Below are positions 1 to 13,987 of a stretch of DNA of 64,000 nt, piece after piece. A program made the position numbers and the translations under genes. Each line of letters starts with the position of its first letter. Position 1 is the first letter of the stretch. The notes under the pieces are model-generated. The model ran no database searches and was not told the origin of the DNA. It saw nothing but the letters and a program-made list of their open reading frames with translations. The DNA is from Octopus vulgaris (Eukaryota): the NCBI GenBank assembly GCA_951406725.2, contig OX597821.1, forward strand, positions 62,806,001 to 62,870,000, in the 5' to 3' direction.

Positions 1-2460
1 TTGAGGGGGAGCTATTTCTGTCACAGTACAGAAATAATATACATCTGCTTTGAATCTACTTTGAATCCGGCGCTTTGAATCCGGCGCTTCCCAGTTAGTG
101 ATAGCTATTTTATTTTTATTGTTCCTGTTTGCAGCATCTTTTGGTATTAGTCTTGTATGGGATTTCTTATTATCTATTTATTATTTTCTAACTTCAGTTT
201 AGATTTTAGCACTCCACGCTTTCTGCTATACTTTCACCATTTTCTTTATAGTTATTTGCTATTGCAGCATGTTTTGTAGTTGACGTCTTCTTTGAAGATG
301 AAAAGTAATTTTATGCTCTGTTCATGTTTCGTAGCCGTTTGTATAAATTTCCATGATTCAGAATAGTTATTTTTATTGTGGATATTTTGTATTAGTTTTC
401 TAGTTATATAAGTCACAAAACTCTTTATATTCGTGGTAAATATAGTCTTGCAATTTTGCATGGCCTATTCTAAATGCTACCATAATTTTCCCTATTTTCC
501 TGTCAAGTCTAGACAGTTCGATAAACGTACAATTGAGAATATTAAATAGGTAACTTATTCCAGGCACACCTGGAGTATTGATGTCTGTTTCTTTATTCTT
601 TTTCACTTAACCCACTTTTAGGAAATAATCTGGTGCTTCTGTAATATTCCTTTGTAATCTTTACCCCCAAAATGCGTGTGTTGTTACACTGCCTTGTTCA
701 TTGATTCATAAGTATGTTTGGTCTAATTCTCTTATTTCATTTCCTTTATCTCATATGATATTAGTGTCTTAATTAATTTTCTTTTTGTCAGAAAATTACT
801 TTGGCACATTTTTTCTGAACTAATCTCATGTTTATTTCTGTGATAAATCCGTTTGTTGTCTGCAAAGAATGCGTTGACTTGTTTATCGTTTGCAACATTC
901 AACTTGGGATCATTCACATACGAAAGATTGTTAATCGTCTTATCATAATTGTATCCACATGCAGTTCTATTTAGCATAACGGCCAAAAGGCACTGGTGAC
1001 AGACGAAAAAGAAACAGTGAGATACATTGCTTCTGGGATATTACTCTTCTAATAAGAATGAGTTTAGTTTTTAAAACTCCTCCTTTTAACTGTAAATCCC
1101 AGTCACGTGCCATGTATTTTCCATTTATTGGAGCTGCACTTTTCATGACTTTCCCTCCGAGATCCATGTGAGAGTAATACTATCAAAACCTTCTCGTAGT
1201 CAGTCTATACCATACCAAGTGCTTCTATTGCCTTCGGTCATAGCTTTTTGGATCAGTAATTGATCATTACAACATGAACCTTTGCAGCATCCATTCTGCA
1301 TTTTTTACCAGATATCTTCTCACCTTCTGCGATATGTTGCAGTTAAGGTTTTTGTAAGATTTTAAGAAGACATGTTATGAGATTTTATATAGACTTGGGG
1401 ATAAAATTTATACATAGTTGGGGTGGGGGGTTGTACTTTATATCCAAGCGTTGTTTTCTCTAGCACCATCGGTATCTCATTGTACTTCTCTACTAGCAAC
1501 CTCTGTGTTTCTGTTAAACATTTTGTCTAGAAACTTTTTATATTTTCATGGTTCGATTAAATCCAGTAGTTTGCAGTACTGGGGTTAATCTTTCCGTTGT
1601 TATGGACACACAAGATTGCCCCAAAGCAGTATTAATTAATTCATTTTTTTTGCAAACCTTTTCTGTTAGGATTTTTTGCTGCCAATACTTCTCCCTCAAA
1701 CTTCTATTTCTGGTGCTTTTAGTACTGTATATATTTCATTTTACAAACCTCTTCATTGAAGCGTTTTGATGTTGAGTCGAACAGCTTTCATTCAAATAAT
1801 CTTTTGTGTTTCTCCTAATAACTGAATTTTATCGACCTAGTGAGAATACCATGCTTTAGTAGATCTTTGATCTTAGGTGCATATCATTTTAACATTTGTT
1901 ACTTTTGGTACCTTTTAGTCTTCCTATTTCATCATTGATTTTAAAAATTGACAAATTTATCTCATTCTCTATATATTTCTGGATATTTCATTTTTCATGG
2001 GTTTTCCTTATATTCTTTGAATGGATTTGAGAGAGTACCAATTATACTTTGTAACAACAGTGGTTGATAAATATATTATTTCACGACCATGGATGAACTT
2101 AAATTTGCGACAACGAAGTTCACGTTTCTTTTATTATTGATGCCGTTTCATGGTTCGATGCATCACAGTTGCTATTTAACATTGTATTATACTTCCATTG
2201 GCCAATAGGAGGATCGAATGCTCTCAATTGATACATAATACAGTTTTGGAGTGTTAGAGTCATGATGTTCACCTTTGGAATGTTTTCCTATTAAAATCTT
2301 TCCCTTATGTAACTATATTTACATTTTTCTGCAGTTTTTGTTTGTCTTTTTGCGTTGAATATTTTGGAGTTTTAGGGTTTGAATTTATAGTATTTCGTTG
2401 TTTATCATATTTGTATTGCACGTGTTATTTCTACAGTTGAAAATTACACGATCAATATTT
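1..2460 (-). pseudogene. Highly degraded R4/Dong-type non-LTR retrotransposon (RT region)
   Basis: Minus-strand fragments echo the better-preserved element at 3804-5810: RVISQKQCISLFLF ~ RGIFQGDSLSPLLF, INNLSYVNDPKL ~ INHLFYMDDLKL, DINTPGVPGISYLFNILN ~ AINTLALLVVQYSFNIINW, LDRKIGKIM ~ LDRKTRKLL. Many stops and frameshifts; ends approximate. Confidence 0.7.
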
Positions 2461-2571
2461 TAATTGTTCCTGTGTTTAGACTACCGTTACTTCTGTTAAA
2501 TATTCTCTTTCATCTTCTGTTATTAATTTTTCGTTTTGAAAGCTTATTCATTAGTTCAGCTAGTATGTCAT

Positions 2572-2710
2572 CGTCGACGCCGTCGTCGTCGTTGTTGTTG
2601 TTCTTCTTCTTCTTACACTTCTTCCCCCCCTCCTCCTCTTCTTCTTCTTCTTCTTCTTCTTCTTCTGCTTCTGCTTCTTGCTTTTATTATTATTGTTATT
2701 ATTATCATCG
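2572..2710. repeat. Compound microsatellite (CGT)n/(GTT)n/(CTT)n/(ATT)n
   Basis: Read directly from the sequence. Confidence 0.9.
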
Positions 2711-2769
2711 ACGTCGTTGTTTCTATTGTATTTACTATTATCATTCAAATGCTTTTATATAATAATTTA

Positions 2770-3010
2770 CTGTGATGGGATGCTATTGCTATCCCTAGGT
2801 TTTGTAGCAGTAAGCGTTTGAAAAATTTCAAGATTCTTTCTTAAGATTATTGCAGAATAGAGATGAGCACTTTTCTGTTGGTTTACAATAAGTTTCTAAA
2901 TTTTAATATCCTCCAGCTTCTTTGGTAACACTTTGAGAGCTGTGCCAATTACCACGAGAGCAAGTGATATATTTGTGTTGCAAAAACATTTTATCTTCCT
3001 GATATTTCAT
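2770..3010 (-). mobile_element. 3' end fragment of an R4/Dong-type LINE (RLE C-terminus)
   Basis: Reverse complement reads VVIGTALKVLPKKLEDIKI*KLIVNQQKSAHLYSAIILRKNLEI, matching the PVV(I)G...Q..A...TA.ILR..L C-terminal motif of the 4999-5658 ORF. Confidence 0.55.
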
Positions 3011-3448
3011 AATTTACTCAATAAACAGATAGCAATCGTTGCTAATCAGTACTTAAATAGAGAGTTCAGCGCTAGCGCTACTATATAAATGGAAGCGCAT
3101 GGTTGAGTCGTTTGCTTTCTGATTCGGTTTGGAGCTCCACATAGATAAGACTCGAACTCAGTTAGGTGCGCTGTGTCATTCTCACTCATCTAGAAATTTG
3201 CTACCAGAATTATATCCCTAGAATATCGGGTTCATTTATGAATATCTACATAGCTCTTAGAGTATATAACCACATCTGAATAGCGTACCTTTTTCCAGTT
3301 CAAACTTACCCAAATTTGACTTACGTTTTGAGAAGCCAAAGGACAGCATACAAAATAATTTATTGATTTGCGTCGCATCATGCTTGTTGTACGCAGATAC
3401 TTCAACACTAATAAGAACACAACCTAAAAACATTTTTATTGGTTTCAA

Positions 3449-3651
3449 GTTTTAGTACCAGACCAGCAATTTCGGGGTGGAGCTAAGTCGATTAAATCGA
3501 CCTCAGTGCTCAACTGGTACTTATTATATTCAAGCCAAAGGAATGAAAGGTAAAGTAGAGCGCAGCATCATTTGAGATTAGAACGTAAAGACGGATGAAA
3601 TGCCGCTAAGCATTCTCCCTGGCGTGCTAACAATTCTGCCACCTCACCGCT
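3449..3651 (-). mobile_element. tRNA-derived SINE, family 1 (Meta-domain-like core), degraded
   Basis: Homologous to the copies at 19.6-20.2, 40.7, 45.3, 50.1 and 57.3 kb (taagtcgatt..atcgacc.cagtg..caactggtactta...aaaggatgaaagg.aaagt). Confidence 0.75.
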
Positions 3652-3695
3652 TTCCTAACAACAGTAACAACGACGTCATTGTTAACACCAACACC

Positions 3696-3734
3696 AATAA
3701 TAATAATAATAAGAAGAAGAACAACAACAACAAC

Positions 3735-3803
<69 letters not shown>
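3696..3803. repeat. (AAT)n/(AAC)n microsatellite at the 5' junction of the LINE
   Basis: Read directly from the sequence. Confidence 0.95.
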
Positions 3804-3804
<1 letters not shown>

Positions 3805-5810
3805 TGGATAGACTACAGGAAAGCGTTTGACAGTGTCCCACATAAATGGATACTCAAGGCCCTTGAGATATACAAGATCTCTCCTGTCGTCTCAAAATTC
3901 TTACAGAATAGCATGACCATGTGGAACACACGACTCTTTCTAAGCCATAGTAATGGGATGAGCCAGTCCAACAGCATCAACATCAAACGAGGCATCTTTC
4001 AAGGTGACTCCCTCTCTCCATTACTTTTTTGCATGGCACTGATCCCACTCTCAAACGAATTGGATAGTACCAGATATGGGTACAAAGTTTTTAGTAAGTC
4101 AATAAACCACCTTTTCTATATGGACGACACTAAAGCTGTTTGCCAAGATTGACCAAGAGCTAGAAGGGCTGCTAACAACTGTTAAAGCGTTTAGCAATGA
4201 ATGGATTTTGGCATTGATAAGTGTGCTAAAGCAACTTTTGTAAGAGGCAAGCTCAGGCAAGCAGATTCTGTTAAATTAGATATTGACACTACCATCAAGG
4301 AACTTGACCCACAAGGAAGTTACAAATACCTAGGAATCAACGAAGGAGATGGTAAACATCATGCTACTATGAAGGAAAAAATAAGAAAGGAATACTATAG
4401 GAGAATAAGGTTTGTACTGAAGACTGAACTTAAATCCAAAAATTGCATTGAGGCCATTAACACCCTGGCACTTCTAGTAGTCCAGTACAGTTTTAACATC
4501 ATTAACTGGAACCTTACGGAACGCCAACGCTTGGACAGGAAGACAAGAAAATTACTGACATCCAAGAACATGCACTACCCTAAGGCAGATGTAAACCGCC
4601 TGTACCTACCTAGAAGCAGCGGGGGGAGAGGAATGATGCAATTAGAGCTGTGCTATAAGACCTCCACTGTAGGAATGAACAGGTACCTATCTAGTACAAA
4701 GGACTGGATGCTGCGACTTGTGTGCGAACACGAAAGCAGCAAAAAGCTGCATTCTATTGTCAAGGAGGCTTATAAGTTCGAAAGGGAACTAGACATTAAC
4801 CTTGAATCAGATGAAGAGCCGGAAACCTCTGCTACGAAGCAAGCAAAGCGAATCAAGCAGACTGCAAAAAAAAAAAACGGGCAGAATCAAACTGAGAGGC
4901 GGTGGAGCCAGAAGCCCCTGCATGGACAATATATTCACGGAAGCCAAAATGCTGATGTAGACCAAGCAACAACCCGTCAGTGACTGAAGAGTTCAGGATT
5001 GAAAGCAGAGACTGAAGGCTTCATATTGGCAGCACAAGATCAAAGCTTTTTTACCAGAAATTACCAGGCTAGCTTTCTCCGAAACGGTACTGACCCAAAA
5101 TGCAGATTCTGCGACACATTTGACGAAACAATAGACCATCTCGTTTCGGGATGTCCTGTGCTGACACCAAACGAATACAAAAATCGCCACGATAGGGTAG
5201 GACAGTATATACATTGGAAGATATGTAAACACTACAAATTCGGCACTCCTGCTAACTGGTATGAACATCATCCTCAGCCAGTTGTTGAAGGTAAAAATGT
5301 CACCATCCTCTGGGATTTTCCAGTCAACACTGACAGAACGATCAAGGCTAATCGACCAGACATAATTGTTAAAGACAGGGAAGAAAATACCTGCAGACTA
5401 ATAGAGGTAAGCGTCCCCACTGATAAAAATATATCTGTAAGGGAATTTGACAAACTTAGTAAATATAAGGACCTGGAAATCGAAATACAAAAGATGTGGA
5501 ATCTTAAAACAAAAACTGTTCCTGTTATTGTAGGGATGTTAAGAAAGGGATGTCAGAAACACCTAGACAATGTCCCTAAAGAACCATGTCTCAAGGAAAT
5601 CCAAAATATTGTGCTAACAAGTACTGCCCACATCCTCAGAAAAACCCTATCCATGTAAATGCTTGTGTTGTATTACATGGAGGTATTTCTCTACTTCCCA
5701 TCCCCAAGCTTTCAGCTATATTTCAACAACTCTTAACCTTCACTTGCCCTAGGGCGCTGGGTGTGCCCCGGCAAGTGATTGCATCAAACATGCAGATTAA
5801 AAGTAAATGA
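3804..5810 (+). mobile_element. 5'-truncated R4/Dong-clade non-LTR retrotransposon (RT + CCHC zinc knuckle + restriction-like endonuclease), disrupted
   Basis: Motifs WIDYRKAFDSVPH, RGIFQGDSLSPLLF, HLFYMDD, YKYLG, RLYLPRSSGGRG, CRFC..FDETIDHLVSGC, RHDRV, RPDII, IEVSVP, K..KY. Frameshifts near 4130 and 4200, in-frame stop at 4981, ORF ends at 5658. A ~150-bp 3' UTR follows, then (AAT)n. Confidence 0.92.
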
Positions 5811-7167
5811 CAATAATAATAATAATAATAATATTGTCGTTTCGGATCCTTGATCGAGCGACGCGTTTTGTTTCATGAGCAAAACAGATCATTTTATGCT
5901 GATCCAGCCCACTCAGTAGCAAAAATGAGTACTCCTACAGCGAATCGGCGTCTCGTCTCGGGCGGACGGGGCTGATAATATATGCCACAGAACCCGAGGG
6001 GAATCGGGAAGTGCTTTTATCTCTTTTTTACTGCCCTTCGAAATTGAAGAGTACGATTCCACTTGAATATAGAGTTATGTTTGTGTACAAATATTTTCAA
6101 CTTAGCAAAGCAACAATCAATTAATGGAACGGGAATTGATTGTTAAGTGTTTATTTTACAATTACCATAATTATGGATTCAACAATGAGAGAAGATTCTA
6201 TAATATTGGGACAAAGAACTTGTTCATTTAAAATAGTATTTAAAATACACTACTTACATTGTCATTTATAGAAACTATCTTGCAAAATAACGAAAGGAGA
6301 CTAAGATTTTAGAGTCCAAATGTATTATAAAATAAGACAATTATATTACGAAGAGTCTGCGCAGAAAATGAGAGCAGATTCAGTAAACCTTTTGTGATAT
6401 GACAGAACAATACATGAAAATAATGAACGATTTTTCTATTAAAGAGGCGAAATATTTTCTGCAAAAAATAGAAATTCAAAATGCAGGAACAGAGATCAAA
6501 ATAGCAGGTATAAAAAAATCAATAAGAAATATTCATAATCACAAATCGTCATAATATTTGTAATTATTAAAAATTTTGTGATCCATCACAAGCGCCTACG
6601 ACATTAGGGACAGTATAAAAACGAAGTAAAGACGACTGCGCGTGTTGGTAGAGGAAAATGTAATCAAAAACAGCAAAAACAACATCTAATTATAAAAAGT
6701 CGGTAAATAGAGAACTTGAAAGCAAGGGGATATCTAATTAGCGCAATTCAGTTGTTTGCACAAATCCCAGAAACCTTTGACTAAGAAACTTATCAAAGGT
6801 AATTGAGCCCTTTTCAACTTTTTACAGTCTTGTTATAGGCACATAATCACAGCGGTCTTGACATTCCAGTTGAAATTGATCATCACGTGTGATTTTCTCT
6901 GCACTGTGACATGACTACGCAACAGCTCGCACCACTGGGAATGCGCCAAATTGCTGGCAATTGCATCATATAGCTTTCAAGCATGTCGCAAACAAATCTG
7001 GCATGTAATTACGAAGGTAGAAGTGAAGTATTGCAGATAATGGCGGATATGTATGTACACATATATACACATACATACATACATACATACATATACAAAT
7101 ACGTGTATGTGTGTACGTATGTGTGTTTATATATATATATATGTATGAATACATATATATATGTGTA

Positions 7168-7209
<42 letters not shown>

Positions 7210-7227
7210 TATCATGTTGACATATAG

Positions 7228-7382
7228 TGAGCTTCAGCACAGTTTCCGTCACCCAAATTCCTCCAAAAGTCTTTGGTCAACACGGAGCAATAGTAGAATA
7301 CAGTAGCTCAACTGGGAATGAACCAGAAACGACATTGCTGCAATGCGAAACTCTTGACTGTATGTGCATGTTTGCACCTACT
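7228..7382 (-). mobile_element. 5' part of SINE family 2, degraded
   Basis: cagtttccgtc.acc.aaattc..c.caaa.gtctttggtc matches the reverse complement of the family-2 core seen at 51571-52055. Confidence 0.6.
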
Positions 7383-7434
7383 GAAATGTAAATACATACA
7401 CACACACACACACACACACACATACACACATACA

Positions 7435-7487
<53 letters not shown>

Positions 7488-9229
7488 AACTGAACTGATC
7501 TGCTCCTTTTTGAGTGAATCTAGGAAGCTAAAACCCCAGGAAGTGCACTCTGAAAGAGAAAATAAAAAACACAAAGTAAATGATTTCATTTTGGCAGTTC
7601 CCCATAAAAATGATTTTAAAACCCCTCTTATAATTACAAGAGGGTTTTTAAAATTACGGCCATTTGGGATCACCTTTACTATTGGATATTTTACGTCACA
7701 GTGAAGATAGTGGCACTGAGGAATGCTCACAGCAACCCCACGATATGGCACAATGTGCTGGTATCATCTTCAGTAATGTTGATTGTAGACCTTTCATGAT
7801 TAAATAATTGTAACTTATAATGTTCGTGTGGGCACATTCTTGGTGTAGCATATGCCGTAACGGTGCTAATACTGCGATTGTAGATATAGCTACTTCCTTC
7901 TATACCGAGCAGCCATGAAAAGAAAAGGGAATAGGTTCAGGAATATACAATATATAAAGCGACAATCACCATGGAATTCGAGGGTCAAGTGCGTATGTTC
8001 TTTTATAATATTCACTATAGCAAAGTACAACTTCCAGTATTCTAAGAGAGATTTACTACAATTGGCTTATTTTGCTGTAGAGATAGAGCCCACTGGCTAG
8101 AAAGAATTTAAGTAAAAAAAATATCTTATTCCTGCTGTAACTCTGTTTTGTTTTATGTTGTTTTCGGGGTTTTCTAACATTGAATATATTATTAAATTCG
8201 CTTTCGAAATTATTTTGTGTAAAACGATATTTAGAATCATAGCAGTGTTTATGCTTACAGCGATGTAGATTACGTCTCAGACTGTTTACAATTCTCTATA
8301 TATTCAAAACTGAAGAAATAAATGTATAAATATTCCCATGGTTGCAATCATTAATTAATGAAGAGGTTCACAACTGACTATTAAGTAAATAGGAATCTCT
8401 AAAATGATGAAACCCAGTTTAATTTGAAACATACAATTGACATATTATAACATTTAATATAATAATCAATAGGCAGCATATTTAACAAATTCCAATAAAC
8501 AATATTGTTTACCACTCCTAGATTTAAAATGTTTAAAAGAAAGGTGTTCACATCAGATATAAAAATATATTATAACCATGCAGTAATTGTTTTATTGTAA
8601 TTAATGGCAATTAACAATTGCATTAACAAATCATGTCTCGTGTGGTTAAGGAGTGCGTTATTATGGATATAAGAACATTTATAATTTCAGTTTTCTAATT
8701 ATGTTCGTTTTATCAACAATGATAATTATGGTATAAGGTTCTAAATTATATATATATAAAAAAAAACTGAATGATAACATTAAAAAAGTGATTTGTAAAA
8801 TTTTACATATAGAAGTGGTGTTTAATTCGTTACTAGAAGTATGTGTACGTTTCCATTTGTATTAATTACCTTTTTTAGATTTAACATCACGCATTGTAAC
8901 ATGTAAATCATAAAATTTATTTTTATTATGCTGTTTTATTGATAATACACAATCTTCCGCAATTCTATTTTTTTTATGATTTTAAAACAATGTTGCTTAT
9001 ATCTTTTATCAATGTTTAACTAAAACATATACACTGTAAAAATGAAATAGCAGTGTAAATTTACATTTATAGCAACACGAAATTTCATAATACAGGTTTG
9101 CTGGAATTAAAAATTTCATGAGATATCTATTTGAGGCAGAAAATCGATAGAATCCTGTCGATCTAAATAAAGACACAACAGCATTGTGAGCTCGGAGCTA
9201 CATCACCAAGAGAAAAGATGGAAATTAGT

Positions 9230-9900
9230 ATTATTGAGTTCTTAACAAAAACTCAGTGGATGATACTATAGAAACATTCTGTTCAGTTATTAATTTATAA
9301 TTCATGAAAGAGCTTGCTTTCGATATCTTGACTAGATGCGTTTTTATGCCGTCGCTAGTATACCTTTTTTGATAAATAGTACAAAACTTTAACCATCTTC
9401 GAGAAATGTAATTCAATATATTCGAAACTATAAACAACCGTACTTCTTTTTCTTTCCGAGAACAGCAACAGTGAAATCGTTCTAACCAGGATTTAATCGT
9501 TGTTGGGATTTAATCAATATCCCCCTATTTCTGCATACATTTTCTCAATCGAAATCAGCTTTCTAAAAGTGGACTCTTTTGGAATAACATTTTCAAATTT
9601 ATCAATATTTTCTAATAGTCTGAGATGAATACTTTTGTTTTTGGAAGTAGACATATTTTCTCCTTCAATATGATTCAAGGGTAAATTTTTCTGGCTCCTA
9701 AATCTGGATTGTATATATACAGCTAACGAAATTGTTATCACCTTATTAATACACATTTTTTGTCGTCAAAACGAAGACATGTTACGTAGATATTTAACAG
9801 AACAATAGATGATGAGCATTCACATCAAGATTAAACAATGAAATAAAAGTGCCATTGGTTTACTGAGATTAACGTCTTCGAAATTACCCTCGTTGCTGAT
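9230..9900 (-). pseudogene. Possible piggyBac-like transposase relic
   Basis: Minus strand gives CLRFDDK (~9760-9780), then KLISIEKM (~ITIDEQM) and KFCTIYQKRYTSDGIK (~QYMP.KP.KYGIK) in the expected order. Very degraded. Confidence 0.35.
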
Positions 9901-11279
9901 CTAGAATGCGGATGATTTCTCTGTAAACTTTTAGGAACGTGCAATGTATCTTGCAATATTTTTCAAATGACTCAATTTGGTTATCACGTGTCAACAGTTA
10001 AATAAAAAAAATTATTCTCTTACTGAAGTTACCGATAAATTTCTCTCTCAATGTCAATAACTCTTGGTCGTTTTATTGATGGAAGGTTAACAGTATTGCA
10101 GGTAATCTTCAAAGAGCAAAGTTATAATCTTGGTAAAGGTATTTACATACATGTAAAAATGTACTTTGAGTTTTTCACAGCCCACTATATATACGAAGAT
10201 TAATGCGCCACGAAACGTTTATAGGAGACATGTTTTACGGCATATTAATTATATGGTGGCTATCATCTACTCTAATATATTTAGAGAGGAGCTTATTATC
10301 ATTATTTTAGAGCAATAACGTTTATTTAGCAGTATGGTAGGCTATATAATTTTGAATAAATTGTTGAAGAATGGGATAACATATGTAGATTTCTAAACCT
10401 GCAGTGATCCTTTCCTTTAGATATATTAATTTTGTATTAAAATGAAACGATGTAGAATGTACAATTAGAATTTCAGTATTCTTTTGAAAGAGTTAACCTC
10501 CACAGGATTTGCATGAAAGAATTTGAATTCACTATGAAATATTTGTATCAGAGGAACTTTGCATATATAACTTTAATCGCACTACATTTTATTCCTATAC
10601 TTTACCTTAAGCTTCTGGTATATTCTGACTATGCTTTTTTACATTCTTTCTTTGCTGCAAGTGGTTCTTACTGTTCTGGCTACAAAACATTCACTTCTTC
10701 GGGAAGATTGCCTGAAGTTGAATCTAAAATAGTATTTGTTCCACAAATATTTGCAGAACTATATGTTAAGTGGAGTGAAAATCTATAGAGCATAATTTTC
10801 TCTGCACCGTTTTGAAAGAATATTTAGCAACGTTATATCTGCATATCTATTGTAATAAATAAAGCATTATTTCAACTATAATTTAACTTCACTGTATCTA
10901 GTCGAACATTGTATTCATCATTCCGAATATGTGTTAATGATATAAACAAAACTTTCACATTTCAAACAGGAAATCATATAATTTTACTCAAGAAATTCTT
11001 CTAATATTTACACTAGTATAACATAAAACCACGTTCCGTGTGAAGCAAAATTAAGATACAGCTTTTACTTACATCCATCATTTCAGGAAGAATTCAAATT
11101 GGAAGCAAGTAGTCTACAACAAATTAAGTACTAGACAAACTTAAAAGGAAATTCAATCGAAATAAGAAATACGATTGGCTGTTTTCACAGATACAAGCAC
11201 ACGCGTGCAAACATTTCCTATTGTATGTGCGCGTGTGTGTTTATGTATGTATGGATATATGTATGATAAATATAAGTTT

Positions 11280-11326
<47 letters not shown>

Positions 11327-11327
<1 letters not shown>

Positions 11328-12586
11328 GAGGGGCGTTCAATAAGTAATGCCCCTGACCCACTTCCCATAGCAGTAGAGCAACGAAACTTGGCACAGTTAT
11401 TAGTCTTTTTCTACATAGGAACCACCCAGAGTTACGCATTTCTTCCATCGTTTGATGCGGCTCTGGAGACCGTTTTTGTAGAAGAACCCAGCTTGGTCCT
11501 CCAACCTCAACGTGACTTCAGAAATCAAGGCTGCATCATCTGGGAAACGCTTTCCTTTCAAAAACAACTTCATGATTGGGAAGAGGTGAAAATCAGAGGG
11601 TGCAAGGTCAGGAAAGTAGGGGGGATGGGGAGGAGTTCATAGGCATACGCCTGTGTTTCTGATCTGGCGACAAGCGAGTTGTGGACCGGAGCGTTGTCCT
11701 GCAGGAGGAGGATGCCTTTGCTGATCTTGCCCCGCCTCTTGATTTTGATAACTTCTCTTAATTTCCTTAAAAGTGAAGCATAATAGGCTCCTGCAATTGT
11801 GGTACCCTTTGCCAGGAAATCTACCATCACTACTCCGTCCTGGTCCCAGAAGACTGTGAGCATGACCTTGCCAGCGGAGGGCTGCATCCTTGCCTTCTTT
11901 GGAGGGGTTGAGTCACGGTGCTTCCACTGCATTGACTGGGCTTTGGTCTCTGGATCATCGTGATGGACCCAGGTTTCATCCTGTGTAATCAGTCTTTTGA
12001 AAAATTTTGACTCATCTTCTTGGCACATCTCCAAATTCACCCTCGAGCACTCGACGCGTTCTTGCTTCTGGAAAGGCGTAAGCAACCTGGGAATCCATCT
12101 GACAGACACCTTTTGCATATGCAAATGGTCATGAATGATAGTTTCCACAGACCCGGTACTAATCTTGACCTCATGGGCTATTTGGCGAATAATTATGCGT
12201 CGATCTTCCAAAATGGCAGCCTCAACTTGACGGACAGATGCCTCATCAATGGCAGAAGGGGGCGACCAGATCTGGGAGCTGTTTCCACCGAGTTCCGTCC
12301 ATGTTTGAATTCACGATGCCAGCGTTTTACAAGGTCATATGATGGGGCATCATCACCATAAGTTACTTTCATTTCATCAAAAGACTCCCGTGGTATGCGT
12401 CCTTTCAAATACAAAAACCGGATCACTGCTCGACATTCAACAGGCTCCATTTCACACTTGACTCGGTTCAAACACATGTAAATCAGAAACCACTCTATAG
12501 AGATATAAATAATTGCACATGCAAAATTTCAGCTAGATCGAACAACTGCAAGTGGGTCAGAGGCATTACTTATTGAACGTCCCTCG
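11327..12586 (-). mobile_element. Mariner DNA transposon copy 1, frameshifted transposase
   Basis: TIR cgaggggcgttcaataagtaatgcccctgacccactt and its inverse at ~12550-12586, flanked by TA. Transposase motifs WIPRLL, ITQDETWVHH, VFWD, LLQDNAPVH and (shifted frame) PYFPDLAPSDFHLF; N-terminal HTH in ORF 12193-12477. Confidence 0.95.
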
Positions 12587-13424
12587 TATATATGCATTTA
12601 AAGACTTCGATTGAGGAAATGTGTGTTTGTAGATTTGGTAGAGGTAAACAACGCGAAATTAATATAAATATAACATTTTTTTTCAAGCAGCTTAAATTGT
12701 GCACACATTAGTCATATGACATATTCAATGAATGTGCGTAATTAAACGTTGTGAAGCTGCAGTACATTGTCCAAGAGAAGCCTCTTTAAAGAAGAAATGT
12801 ATTTAAAAGCACTGCACATACTAAAGCTGGAAGAAACGAAATCAATCCGGAAGTGACAGATATCGACATTTCGTGGCCTTTTTCGAACCTCTGTCCTACA
12901 TATTTATCCACCACTGAGACAATCTATTTCGCTTTTGTGCTTATTTATAGGTGTCTTTTTTTTTACGATATGTCAACAATAGCAAAGAGATTAGACGTAG
13001 AAGGCAATTAAAAATATTCCTTGAACTGGAAATTCGAGTTCATTTCAAAACGTTTTCTTTCAAATGCTAGTAATGATTATGCTAGAGGTATGTTTACAAA
13101 TAATGTAACAGCTCTTTGATGATGTGCATATGTACCGCATAAGGAAATCAAAATTAGAATTTTTGTTTAAAGCAGCTTCAATAATGTATACGTTATTAAT
13201 ACGACAAACAAGATATATATGCGTGGCTACCGATGTTTCACAGCTTTTCACAAGCAAATAGTTTTTACTTTATTTGTGTACATAGCTCTAACGGCCGACG
13301 TGGGTCGTTTCGTTTGTGAATGAGTCTGTGGCACTGACGAATGGAATCGACCACGAAATATATTTCAATATCTGGCCTTTCCAGGGTAACTTATTAATAT
13401 ATAATTTATAAATATATATATGTG

Positions 13425-13987
13425 CAGGACCGTCGCTGAGCCTCCGCAGTTGAGGGGCCCCATGTTGAGATCGAAGTACGTAGATGAGTCATCTATTTAC
13501 TTTGGTTAAGATAGTGAAAAAGAATTAAACAATATTCACTGAAACTTTCAAGAAATAAAATGGTAATGCATTGTACCTGCAAAAGTCTTGTAAAAAATAT
13601 ATCTTTGTACCAGGAACATGTACTAGACTTTGTAGATTGTCTATGATATCAATTGAACACGAACCTAGCTCTTAGCTTGATTATTCTGAATCGATCGATG
13701 ATTTTGCGAAGCGAAAACTGCGCCGTTTGTCTTTGAAAGTTGCCTCGATTATAAAAGTGCTGTTTTATTCATATCTGGAAGTATTACTTATGGGAAATTG
13801 TAATAGAGCTAAATGAATTTAACTTCTACTTTTAAAGATGTTTTTGGGATAACGTGAAATACTGAACTTCAAATAGAATAAAGTATAGCTATGAATAAAA
13901 GGTGTGTAGAATAGGAACTTTGATTGAGGGGATGGGGCTACGAAACTAAAAGTTGCAGGGGGCTTCTAAAGTCAGGCGACGGAGCTG
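13425..13987 (+). mobile_element. Non-autonomous hAT deletion derivative
   Basis: Imperfect TIRs caggaccgtcgc / gcgacggagctg; 8-bp TSD tatatgtg at 13417-13424 and 13988-13995. Internal remnant of the hAT dimerisation domain (RL.RLSMISIEHE....LDYSE.IDDFAKRKLRR). Confidence 0.8.

Noticed and set aside
10188-10224. HHR-like TATA-CGAAGA...GAAA-CG-TT-TATA
   Set aside because: The core lacks U4 and there is no stem II; compatible with chance.
12840-12860. ETS-like CCGGAAGTG promoter motif
   Set aside because: A single short motif with no first exon or other support.
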